DNA of 64,000 nucleotides from the NCBI GenBank assembly GCA_003647645.1, contig QMNG01000001.1, forward strand, positions 73,884 to 137,883, given 5' to 3'. This document shows, piece by piece, positions 1 through 10,162 of the stretch (positions within the stretch are counted from its first letter, which is position 1; every line of letters begins with the position of its first letter). Below the pieces are notes generated by a model, which had not been told where the DNA came from, ran no database searches, and worked only from the letters and a program-made list of their open reading frames with translations. A program made the position numbers and the translations under genes. Source of the DNA: a candidate division Kazan bacterium. Its GTDB lineage: Bacteria; Patescibacteriota; Kazan-3B-28.

Positions 1-35
1 GTAATTTGTCTGGTAGAGATGATTATTTAATTCCA

Positions 36-419
36 TTATTTATCTGTGTTAAAGCCGCTTTTTTCAGCCAGTTCTTTTAATGGATAAACACCGAAGATGC
101 GTTCCCCGTTAGCGAATTCCCATGTGGGATAACTTGTAATACCCTCCTCTATGCATACCTCAGTTTGGGCTGTTCCGTCCGGAGTAGAACACTCTGTGTA
201 ATCAATATATTGAAAAGCTTCTTCGCCGAATAAGTTTTTTTGATCCCCACAGTGGCCACACCAGAACGCGCCATACAACTTAATACCAGAATCCGTAAGA
301 TGCTTAGCCAGAGCTACTTTTTGTTCGGTGTCAAACCCAGCCGGTTTAGAACAACTGGCGGCACTTAAAAGAAAAATCGTTATCATCAGAAATCCAACTG
401 CTAAAATTTTATTATTCAT
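36..419 (-). CDS. Thioredoxin-fold lipoprotein (VKOR-associated Trx-like domain)
   Basis: Signal peptide with lipobox-like LSAASC; YGAFWCGHC CxxC motif; SYPTW cis-Pro loop. Confidence 0.8.
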   Translation of the reverse strand: MNNKILAVGFLMITIFLLSAASCSKPAGFDTEQKVALAKHLTDSGIKLYGAFWCGHCGDQKNLFGEEAFQYIDYTECSTPDGTAQTEVCIEEGITSYPTWEFANGERIFGVYPLKELAEKSGFNTDK

Positions 420-532
420 CGATACTCTCCGCTAAATAATATTTTCACATTCCGCGACGAACACATAATTTTGTGTCATACTCATCCGTCGGCAGACAGA
501 TGCATCACTTTTTAATTTTTTAAATATACTTC

Positions 533-619
533 TGGTGGCCAGGGAGGGACTCGAACCCTCACGGGATTGCTCCCACACGATTTTGAGTCGTGCGCGTCTA
601 CCAGTTCCGCCACCCGGCC
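533..619 (-). tRNA. tRNA-Leu(CAA)
   Basis: Reverse complement GGCCGGGTGGCGGAACTGGTAGACGCGCACGACTCAAAATCGTG...GGTTCGAGTCCCTCCCTGGCCACCA; long variable arm; encoded CCA. Confidence 0.95.
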
Positions 620-672
620 AAAATTTTATGGGGCAGAAATACTAATTTTGTCACCAGACCCCATCTTTAATT

Positions 673-1887
673 CTACTTGATTGGAAACTTTTTAGTACAT
701 GCCGCCACTTCTTTTTTCACCGCCGATAATACACTCTTACTCTTGGGTTTGTCTATAACTTTGGCAATCATCAGGGCAATCTGCTCCATTTGGGACTCCT
801 TCATCCCCCGGCTGGTTACTACCGGAACGCCAAGCCGGATGCCAGAAGGATCAAACGGACTTCTCAGATCGTTTGGAATCATGTTTTTATTTAAGATAAT
901 CCCTGCCTTTCCTAGGGCTGTCTCAGCCTCCTTGCCGGTAATATTTTTGTTAGTCAAATCTATCAGTATCAGGTGAGTATCAGTGCCGCCTGTAATAAGG
1001 TTAAAATCTAGTTTTTGGAGAGCTCTGGCCAAAGCCTGGGCATTTTTGACAATCTGCGCAGCATAACGTTTGAATTCAGGCTTCATTGCATTTTGAAAGC
1101 AAAGAGCCTTGGCGGCTGTAATATTGTCATGGGGACCGCCCTGAACGCCGGGAAAGACCGCTTTGTCAATGGCGGCAGCCAACGAGGCCTTACAGGCGAT
1201 AATCGCACCACGCGGCCCGCGCAGGGTCTTGTGTGTGGTTGACATCACGACATCGGCATGGGGAAACGGATACGGGTGCTGTCCGCCAACGATCAATCCA
1301 GCGATATGGGAAATATCAGCCACCAGATAGGCTCCGGCCTTTTTGGCTATCTTGCCGAAACGTTGAAAATCTATTTGGCGCGGATAAGCAGTTGCCCCAC
1401 AAACAATAACCTTGGGCTTAAATATTTTGGCCATTGTTTCTATCTCGTCATAATTTAGAAGGCCAGAGTCGGGGTCCACTCCATATTGGACAAACTTGTA
1501 CAACTTACCAGAAAAATTAACTTTGTGCCCGTGGGTAAGGTGCCCGCCGTGCGGTAGACTCATGCCCATAGCAGTATCGCCCGGTTTCATCAGAGCGAAA
1601 TAGATAGCCATCATCGCCGGCGTACCGGAATACGGCTGAACGTTAATATGGTCGGCTCTAAACAGTTTTCTGCCAACAGCCACAGCCATTTGTTCAACAA
1701 CATCGGCAACTTTATTACCGCCATAATATCTTTTTTGGGGATATCCCTCGGAATATTTATTCATTAAAGACGAACCGGCTGCTTGGCGAATTTCGGGGGG
1801 AGCGATATTTTCCGAAGCAATCAGACTAATTGTCTCCTGTTGCCTTTTATCTTCGTCTTTTAGCAATTGTTTAATACTTTTTGCCAT
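673..1887 (-). CDS. glyA: Serine hydroxymethyltransferase
   Basis: LIASEN, NKYSEGYP, GGHLTHG, TTHKTLRGPRG motifs. Confidence 0.97.
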   Translation of the reverse strand: MAKSIKQLLKDEDKRQQETISLIASENIAPPEIRQAAGSSLMNKYSEGYPQKRYYGGNKVADVVEQMAVAVGRKLFRADHINVQPYSGTPAMMAIYFALMKPGDTAMGMSLPHGGHLTHGHKVNFSGKLYKFVQYGVDPDSGLLNYDEIETMAKIFKPKVIVCGATAYPRQIDFQRFGKIAKKAGAYLVADISHIAGLIVGGQHPYPFPHADVVMSTTHKTLRGPRGAIIACKASLAAAIDKAVFPGVQGGPHDNITAAKALCFQNAMKPEFKRYAAQIVKNAQALARALQKLDFNLITGGTDTHLILIDLTNKNITGKEAETALGKAGIILNKNMIPNDLRSPFDPSGIRLGVPVVTSRGMKESQMEQIALMIAKVIDKPKSKSVLSAVKKEVAACTKKFPIK

Positions 1888-1966
1888 GTCCCCATTCTAT
1901 CATTTATGGGATTGCTTAAGAATAGTAGAAAATATATACTGGGACTGACGTTTTTAAGAGAAAACA

Positions 1967-3244
1967 ATGACCAAATATGCATTTCTATTGGGTTCGCATC
2001 CGCTGATGAGTTTTTTGGAAATTCTGAATATTCTTGACGTAGAAAAAATATCTTACAGCAAACCTTATAGGTTGGGGGAAATACTACTTCTGGAGATGAA
2101 GATTTCGGATGCCAAATTAAAAAAACTACAAAACACACTGGGCGGGACAATTAAGATTATTGAAATAGTTGACGAATTTCGAGGTACCATTTTCCAGATA
2201 AATAAAATCTTAACGGCTGAACGTCTTTTAAAAAAATATTTTGCCCAAACCAAATCTAAAATTAATTTTGGATTTTCCGTCTATTCCCCAAAAAGTTTGG
2301 TCTACGCCGAAATTAATTGGCTGAGAAATTTTGCTTATCAAACTAAGCGCCGGCTCAAAGATAAATACAGCGTCCGATATGTCGATGAGAAAAACTTTGA
2401 TCTTTCATCCGTCATGGTAGCCAACAATAAGCTGGTAGAAACTGGGGCTGAAATAGTAATTATTAAACAAGAGCAAAATTTCCTGGTCGGCCGGACTGCA
2501 ACAGTCCAGGATTTCCGAAGCTATGTCCAGCGTGACATGGGTAAACCCTCACCGAATCCCAAATCCGGCATGCTGCCGCCTAAATTAGCTCAAATGATTG
2601 TAAATCTATCGCGTTCATCCGGTCAGAAAACTGTCTTTGACCCCTTTTGTGGCAGCGGAATTATTTTACAGGAAGCCCTACTTTTAAACCTGGATATACT
2701 TGGATCAGATATTGACGAAGCAGCTGTAAAATCCACTTTGGCAAATCTCGAATGGCTGATAAAAACCTATAATGCAGCCGCTAAAAAACTAGGCGGGGAA
2801 AAAATTAAAAAAACCAGTATCAGTGGCAGAATTCGTGAGGCCGATGCTACACGTTCTCGTTGGGCAAAAGCTAACACAACAGACACATTTATCGCTACCG
2901 AACCGTATCTCGGTCCGCCTCAGCGCCGGGTGCCGCTGATGCACAACGCCAAAAAAATAGCTCACGAACTAGAAGAATTATACTTAGGGTTTTTTAACAA
3001 TCTTCATAATAACTTCAGCAAAATCAAAAGAATTGGCATAGTTTTTCCAGTGATTAAGACTAACGAGGGCCTGTTGTATTTGAACATTCTGGATAAAATT
3101 GGAGACATTGGTTACATTCGCCATGACTTTCTGCCAAGCGAGCAAGCCAAAAAGGAGGCCTATGTCTCCCACCGCGGTGGCCTGCTTTATTCTAGGCCCG
3201 ACCAGTTCGTTTTAAGAGAGATTTTCGTGTTTGAAAGAAGATAA
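1967..3244 (+). CDS. Trm11/TrmG10-like SAM-dependent RNA methyltransferase
   Basis: PPKLAQMIVNL, DPFCGSG (SAM motif I) and TEPYLGPP (motif IV) in C-terminal half. Confidence 0.75.
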   Translation: MTKYAFLLGSHPLMSFLEILNILDVEKISYSKPYRLGEILLLEMKISDAKLKKLQNTLGGTIKIIEIVDEFRGTIFQINKILTAERLLKKYFAQTKSKINFGFSVYSPKSLVYAEINWLRNFAYQTKRRLKDKYSVRYVDEKNFDLSSVMVANNKLVETGAEIVIIKQEQNFLVGRTATVQDFRSYVQRDMGKPSPNPKSGMLPPKLAQMIVNLSRSSGQKTVFDPFCGSGIILQEALLLNLDILGSDIDEAAVKSTLANLEWLIKTYNAAAKKLGGEKIKKTSISGRIREADATRSRWAKANTTDTFIATEPYLGPPQRRVPLMHNAKKIAHELEELYLGFFNNLHNNFSKIKRIGIVFPVIKTNEGLLYLNILDKIGDIGYIRHDFLPSEQAKKEAYVSHRGGLLYSRPDQFVLREIFVFERR

Positions 3245-3256
3245 CACTGATTTTGA

Positions 3257-3285
3257 TTGACTTAACACCATTTTTTCATTAACCT
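3257..3285 (+). promoter_or_regulatory. Putative sigma70 promoter for rpmA
   Basis: TTGACT-17 bp-TAACCT about 55 bp upstream of the rpmA start. Confidence 0.5.
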
Positions 3286-3338
3286 GATGCTTGATACCAC
3301 ATTCTTAATTCGTCATTCTTAATTCCTAATTCTAGCCT

Positions 3339-3611
3339 ATGGCACACGTTAAAGCGGGGGGGACAGCAAAGAATTTGCGCGATTCCAAACCCAAAATGCT
3401 TGGGGTTAAAGTCTATGGCAACCAGCATGTTAACGCTGGTGGGATTATCGTGCGCCAACGTGGCCAGAGATATCGATGTGGTGAGAACACCAGAATGGGC
3501 AAAGATCACACCATTTTTGCAACCAAAGAGGGGAAAGTTAAATTTAAGGTTAAGCGGATTGTAAATAACGGCAGGACTATAAACAGCGCCACCTTTGTCA
3601 GCGTAGTCTAA
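3339..3611 (+). CDS. rpmA: 50S ribosomal protein L27
   Basis: MAHVKAGG...RDS...LGVK...GGIIVRQRG...GKDHTIFA. Confidence 0.96.
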   Translation: MAHVKAGGTAKNLRDSKPKMLGVKVYGNQHVNAGGIIVRQRGQRYRCGENTRMGKDHTIFATKEGKVKFKVKRIVNNGRTINSATFVSVV

Positions 3612-3630
3612 CCCCTTTCTTTTTGTCACC

Positions 3631-3676
3631 GTTTTCATTTATCCAGTATATGTACGGCCGTACATATATGCGATAA
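3631..3676. repeat. Palindromic repeat, copy 1 (upstream of PaaX/Cas2-like gene)
   Basis: Perfect 22-bp palindrome TATATGTACGGCCGTACATATA (3647-3668); 3639-3661 identical to 4224-4246. Confidence 0.9.
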
Positions 3677-3683
3677 TAGATCC

Positions 3684-4199
3684 GTGGCGCCAAAGAGAAA
3701 ACAACTAGCAGCAAATAAGTCGTCGGTTAACAGAACGGCTATAGTTCGACGGGTTATTATCCAATCGCTTAAGAACACAGGCAGTTGGATATTTGATTTA
3801 GCTGTTATTCCTTTAGAAACAAAATACAAAGGTTTTAGATTAGCTAAAAGAGGAGAACTTCGAAAAATTCTTGCTAGATTAATTTACCAAAAAGAAATAG
3901 AGAAGTGTAATCCCAATCGTTATCGTCTTACCCAACTGGGAATGATTAAGGCCCTACCGGAAATTAAAAAAGAACTGGTTCATGACGGCAAGACCCGCAT
4001 TCTAGTATTTGATGTACCAGAAAGTGAAAGAAAGAGACGCGATCATTTTAGGCGCCACCTCAAGCTACTCGGATTTAAAAAACATCAGCAAAGCGTCTGG
4101 ATTAGTTATGAAGATTGCGAGGCATGGATTGAACAATTGGTGGATTATCATAAGGTTGGAAATTATGTATCGCTATATATTGGTGAACATGTTTGGTAA
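3684..4199 (+). CDS. PaaX-family protein: winged-helix segment plus Cas2-like domain, no PaaX C-terminal domain
   Basis: RL...YRLTQLG wing followed by DGKTRILVFDVPESERKRRDHFRRHLKLLGF..HQQSVWI; GTG start. Confidence 0.8.
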   Translation: MAPKRKQLAANKSSVNRTAIVRRVIIQSLKNTGSWIFDLAVIPLETKYKGFRLAKRGELRKILARLIYQKEIEKCNPNRYRLTQLGMIKALPEIKKELVHDGKTRILVFDVPESERKRRDHFRRHLKLLGFKKHQQSVWISYEDCEAWIEQLVDYHKVGNYVSLYIGEHVW

Positions 4200-4215
4200 T
4201 ACCACACCAATTGCT

Positions 4216-4260
4216 GTTTTGACTTATCCAGTATATGTACGGCCGTGCGTATAGTGGATA
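4216..4260. repeat. Palindromic repeat, copy 2 (downstream of PaaX/Cas2-like gene)
   Basis: GTTTTGACTTATCCAGTATATGTACGGCCGTGCGTATAGTGGATA; direct repeat of 3631-3661 (29/31 identical). Confidence 0.9.
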
Positions 4261-4290
4261 GTTGGTACAGATTAAAACAGGGGTAATAAA

Positions 4291-4328
4291 AAAAGGAAGA
4301 CAGGAGAGCTACCCCCTTTCTTCCTTTT
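4291..4328. terminator. Probable bidirectional terminator between convergent genes
   Basis: AAAAGGAAGA...TCTTCCTTTT inverted repeat with A/T tails. Confidence 0.5.
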
Positions 4329-4335
4329 ACTCAAA

Positions 4336-6003
4336 CTAGACTATTGCTTTTTGCCTATCTTCTTTTGCTTCGTTGACTGTCAGCAGAGTACTGCTGCGGA
4401 TCACCGCCCCGATAAAATCACGGAACAACGGATGCGGACGGTTGGGGCGTGACTTAAACTCTGGATGAAACTGCACTCCGACATACCAAGGGTGGTCAAC
4501 TATTTCCACAATTTCCACTAACTCATTGTTGGGAGAAATCCCGGCCAATACCATACCGGCCTTTTCAAAATCCCGGCGATATTTATTGTTGAATTCAAAA
4601 CGGTGACGATGGCGCTCGGAGATTTTGGTTTGTCTGTAGGCATCATAAGAACGAGTTCCCTTCTTAAGCACCGCCGGATAAGCCCCCAAACGCATAGTTC
4701 CACCTTTGTTAGCAATCGTTCTTTGATACTCCATGATGTGAATCACGGGATGTTCAGTTTTTGCGTTAAATTCTTCACTATTGGCCTTGGCCAGGCCCAG
4801 TACGTTACGGGCAAATTCAATCACCGCAACTTGCATCCCCAAGCACAGACCCAGAAAAGGGATTTCATTTTCTCTGGCATACTGGGCCGCTGAGATCTTA
4901 CCCTCAATTCCACGGATGCCAAAACCGCCCGGTATCACGTAGCCATCGCAACCAAACATAATCTCGGCAACGTTAGCATTGGGGCTGGCTAAATCCTCGG
5001 CATCAATCCATTTGATATTAACATCAACATTGTGATGCCAGCCGGCAGCTCTTAGAGATTCGAACACGCAGATGTAGGTATCCTCCATCGTCGTATATTT
5101 AGCGACGATGCCAATATTGATTTCACGCTTGTCGGATTTAATCTTACCGACCAATTCGCGCCATTCGGCCAGATCCGGTTCTTTTTCTTCCAGATCGAAC
5201 TTCTGCTCTATGATTTTGCCCAAGTCGTAATTTTCCAAAGTTAAAGGAACTTCATAAACGGTATCAGCGGTTTCCAGCGGAATGACATGGGTGGGGGGCA
5301 GGCTTGAGGCGCGGGCAATTTTATCCAGCGCCGATTTGTTAACAGCGTGATCGCTGCGGCAGAAAATAATATCGGGAGCGATGCCGATGCCTTGCAAATC
5401 TCGGATACTGAACTGGGCCGGTTTGGTTTTTACTTCCTTTGAACTTTTAAGATAGGGGAGAAATACTGTGTGACAATACATAATTCTATTCGGCCCTAAT
5501 TCGTTTTTCATCATGCGGATGGCTTCAAGATAATAAAAACCTTCCATGTCCCCTACCGTCCCGCCAACTTCAACAACTGCAATATCGGCGTTGGCCTTCT
5601 CGGCTCCCCGCATAATGATTGAAACAACTTCATTGGTCAGATGGGGGACTACCTGGACCGTTTTTCCCAAGAAGTCTCCCCTTCTTTCTTTGGCTATCAA
5701 ATCACTATAAACTCGACCGGTCATAACGGATGAATCTTGGGTTAAATTCTCATCGATGAACCGCTCATAATGTCCTAAATCCAAATCTGTTTCGGCGCCA
5801 TCGTCAGTCACAAACACTTCGCCGTGCTCCCCCGGATTTAACGTTCCAGCATCATAATTAATGTACTGGTCAAGTTTTTGCATGTAGATTTTGTAACCGC
5901 GGGCTTTTAAAATATTACCCATTGAGGCGGCGGCTATCCCCTTCCCCAGTCCAGAGAGGACTCCGCCGGTTACAAAAATAAATTTAATTTTTTTGTCGGT
6001 CAT
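4336..6003 (-). CDS. pyrG: CTP synthase
   Basis: FVTGGVLSGLGKG, ETDLDLGHYERF, GLCLGMQ, ERHRHRFE, QFHPEFKS. Confidence 0.98.
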   Translation of the reverse strand: MTDKKIKFIFVTGGVLSGLGKGIAAASMGNILKARGYKIYMQKLDQYINYDAGTLNPGEHGEVFVTDDGAETDLDLGHYERFIDENLTQDSSVMTGRVYSDLIAKERRGDFLGKTVQVVPHLTNEVVSIIMRGAEKANADIAVVEVGGTVGDMEGFYYLEAIRMMKNELGPNRIMYCHTVFLPYLKSSKEVKTKPAQFSIRDLQGIGIAPDIIFCRSDHAVNKSALDKIARASSLPPTHVIPLETADTVYEVPLTLENYDLGKIIEQKFDLEEKEPDLAEWRELVGKIKSDKREINIGIVAKYTTMEDTYICVFESLRAAGWHHNVDVNIKWIDAEDLASPNANVAEIMFGCDGYVIPGGFGIRGIEGKISAAQYARENEIPFLGLCLGMQVAVIEFARNVLGLAKANSEEFNAKTEHPVIHIMEYQRTIANKGGTMRLGAYPAVLKKGTRSYDAYRQTKISERHRHRFEFNNKYRRDFEKAGMVLAGISPNNELVEIVEIVDHPWYVGVQFHPEFKSRPNRPHPLFRDFIGAVIRSSTLLTVNEAKEDRQKAIV

Positions 6004-7160
6004 GTTTTATAAACTCTTTCAATATGCTCTGGAATACGCGTGGTGATTTCATAATTGATAGTATTGGCCCAGTCAGCAACGTCAGTGGCGGTGATTGTTT
6101 TGTTCTTGCTCTTGCCAATTAGAACAATTTCATCACCGACTTTGGCCCGTGGACGTCTGCTCAAATCCAGTATGGTCATATTCATACATATCCGCCCAAT
6201 AATGGGTACCACTGCACCCTTCAATAAAGCAAAACCCATGTTGCTCAGACTCCTGGGCAAACCTTCGTAATAACCCACCGGAATTACTCCGATAGTCATC
6301 GCCCGGGGCGCCTGAAAACTACAGCCATAGCCAATGAAATCCCCCGTTTTCACCCGCTTAACCTGCACCAGCTTGGTTTTATAGCTAAGCGCTGGTTTCA
6401 ACTTGAAGTTTCGCGTCTTCTTGCTTCGTTTGCACCAAAGTTCCACCCCCCGGCTGGGCCACAGCCCATACATTTCTATGCCTATTCTAACACAATTGAA
6501 TCGGCTCTCCGGCAAACAGCTGGCAGCCGCAGAAGCAGCTAATGACGCAATTGGAATTTTAACGCCTAGATCTTCGATCTTTTTAAGAATTCGCTCAAAC
6601 GTTAAAATTTGGTCGCTAGTGTAGCTTTTATTAAGCTCTTCAACAGAAGCCAGATGTGAATAAATACCCTCCAATTGTAGATATCGGCTTTTGGCCGCAA
6701 TACGTTTAACGATCTTAATTACACCATTGTTATTTCCATCAATCGAAAAACCAAGCCGATTAATACCGGTCTCTATCTTCAGCCAGATGATCGCTCTTTT
6801 GTTTAGAATAAAGGCAGTCCGGCTAATCATTCGATAGGACTCTTGGTTGTACACCGCCATTGCTACCTTCTCTTTGATAAGAGATTTGATGTCTTCCTTG
6901 GCTACCGCGCCTAAAACAACAATCGGACGTAAAATTCCTTTTTTCCTTAGCCACAATGCTTCCTGCGCCGATACCACTCCCAAATAGGCAGCTCCGGACT
7001 TTAGGGCTTGTCTGGCCACTTCTAAAATACCATGACCATAGGCATTGGCCTTCACTACAGCCATAATCCGAGTTTCGGGTTTGAGCAGTCGTCTAACCTG
7101 CTTGATATTATGATCAATTGCTTTAAGATCAACAGAAATAGCAATGAGTGAACCGCTCAT
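6000..7160 (-). CDS. alr: Alanine racemase
   Basis: AVVKANAYGHG PLP-lysine motif, GRICMN, TINYEI. Confidence 0.95.
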   Translation of the reverse strand: MSGSLIAISVDLKAIDHNIKQVRRLLKPETRIMAVVKANAYGHGILEVARQALKSGAAYLGVVSAQEALWLRKKGILRPIVVLGAVAKEDIKSLIKEKVAMAVYNQESYRMISRTAFILNKRAIIWLKIETGINRLGFSIDGNNNGVIKIVKRIAAKSRYLQLEGIYSHLASVEELNKSYTSDQILTFERILKKIEDLGVKIPIASLAASAAASCLPESRFNCVRIGIEMYGLWPSRGVELWCKRSKKTRNFKLKPALSYKTKLVQVKRVKTGDFIGYGCSFQAPRAMTIGVIPVGYYEGLPRSLSNMGFALLKGAVVPIIGRICMNMTILDLSRRPRAKVGDEIVLIGKSKNKTITATDVADWANTINYEITTRIPEHIERVYKT

Positions 7161-7310
7161 AAATTATCCACAAACTTACCTTTGTATAATACACTAAAAT
7201 TCGACCTGAGCGGAAATAGACTAATATACAAAAACAGCCCTGTTGTATAAATCAGAACATCAGAACGAGATCTCATCAAATCTAAACCCGTACATTCCTT
7301 AGTACGTACC

Positions 7311-7336
7311 ATAATATATACTATAGTATATATTAT
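7311..7336. repeat. Perfect 26-bp AT-rich palindrome
   Basis: ATAATATATACTATAGTATATATTAT equals its own reverse complement. Confidence 0.8.
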
Positions 7337-7352
7337 TTGTAGAAAAATCCCG

Positions 7353-7712
7353 CTATTTGCTCCACGACTGGCTCATCGTCTGGCCATTTGGCATAGTCAT
7401 CTCAAAATAACCGGTTTCACCGTCTTCAGAAAAGTAATAATCCATTTCACTGCCCATAGCACTGTAAATGACATGGCAGAGATTATCATACTTGCCGCCG
7501 CTAACCAGCTCAACTATCTTCCACTCCCCTACTAAGCCGTCAGAGCCGGTATAGTTCCAATCAGCGCCGGTCTGGCACCAGCTGCTTGTATCGCCGGCAT
7601 TCATAGTCACACTTCCATCATCTGTCTGGATGGTTGTGGTTTTCCCACAGGCCGACAATACAAACATGCCGATCAAAAGAACTGCAAAAAGCCACGTCTT
7701 TTTTGTAAACAT
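7353..7712 (-). CDS. Hypothetical lipoprotein
   Basis: Signal peptide with LSAC lipobox; no recognisable domain. Confidence 0.75.
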   Translation of the reverse strand: MFTKKTWLFAVLLIGMFVLSACGKTTTIQTDDGSVTMNAGDTSSWCQTGADWNYTGSDGLVGEWKIVELVSGGKYDNLCHVIYSAMGSEMDYYFSEDGETGYFEMTMPNGQTMSQSWSK

Positions 7713-7782
7713 TGCCTAATAATTAAACTGCTATACCACTATGAGTCTAACAGCCCGCTAGTCTGTTCGTCCATTAATCCGT

Positions 7783-9957
<2,175 letters not shown>

Positions 9958-10162
9958 TTAGATTGTGTATGTATACGGTATTTTTAACTATTCTGGAGGT
10001 TAATTTACTCAACAAATTCCTGATTTTCTAAAATTTATTTCTCGGATATGGACTAAACTAAACGGGTACTTTTTCCAATAAAATAGACTCCAGTGTACCC
10101 GCCACATAGCACTCCTACTCGCCTTAATTATACCCTATTTGAAGGGGTTAAAACAAGAGATC

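Noticed and set aside
3631-4260. CRISPR array next to a cas2-like gene
   Set aside because: Only two repeats, 585 bp apart with a whole gene between them; no spacer-sized intervals and no cas1.
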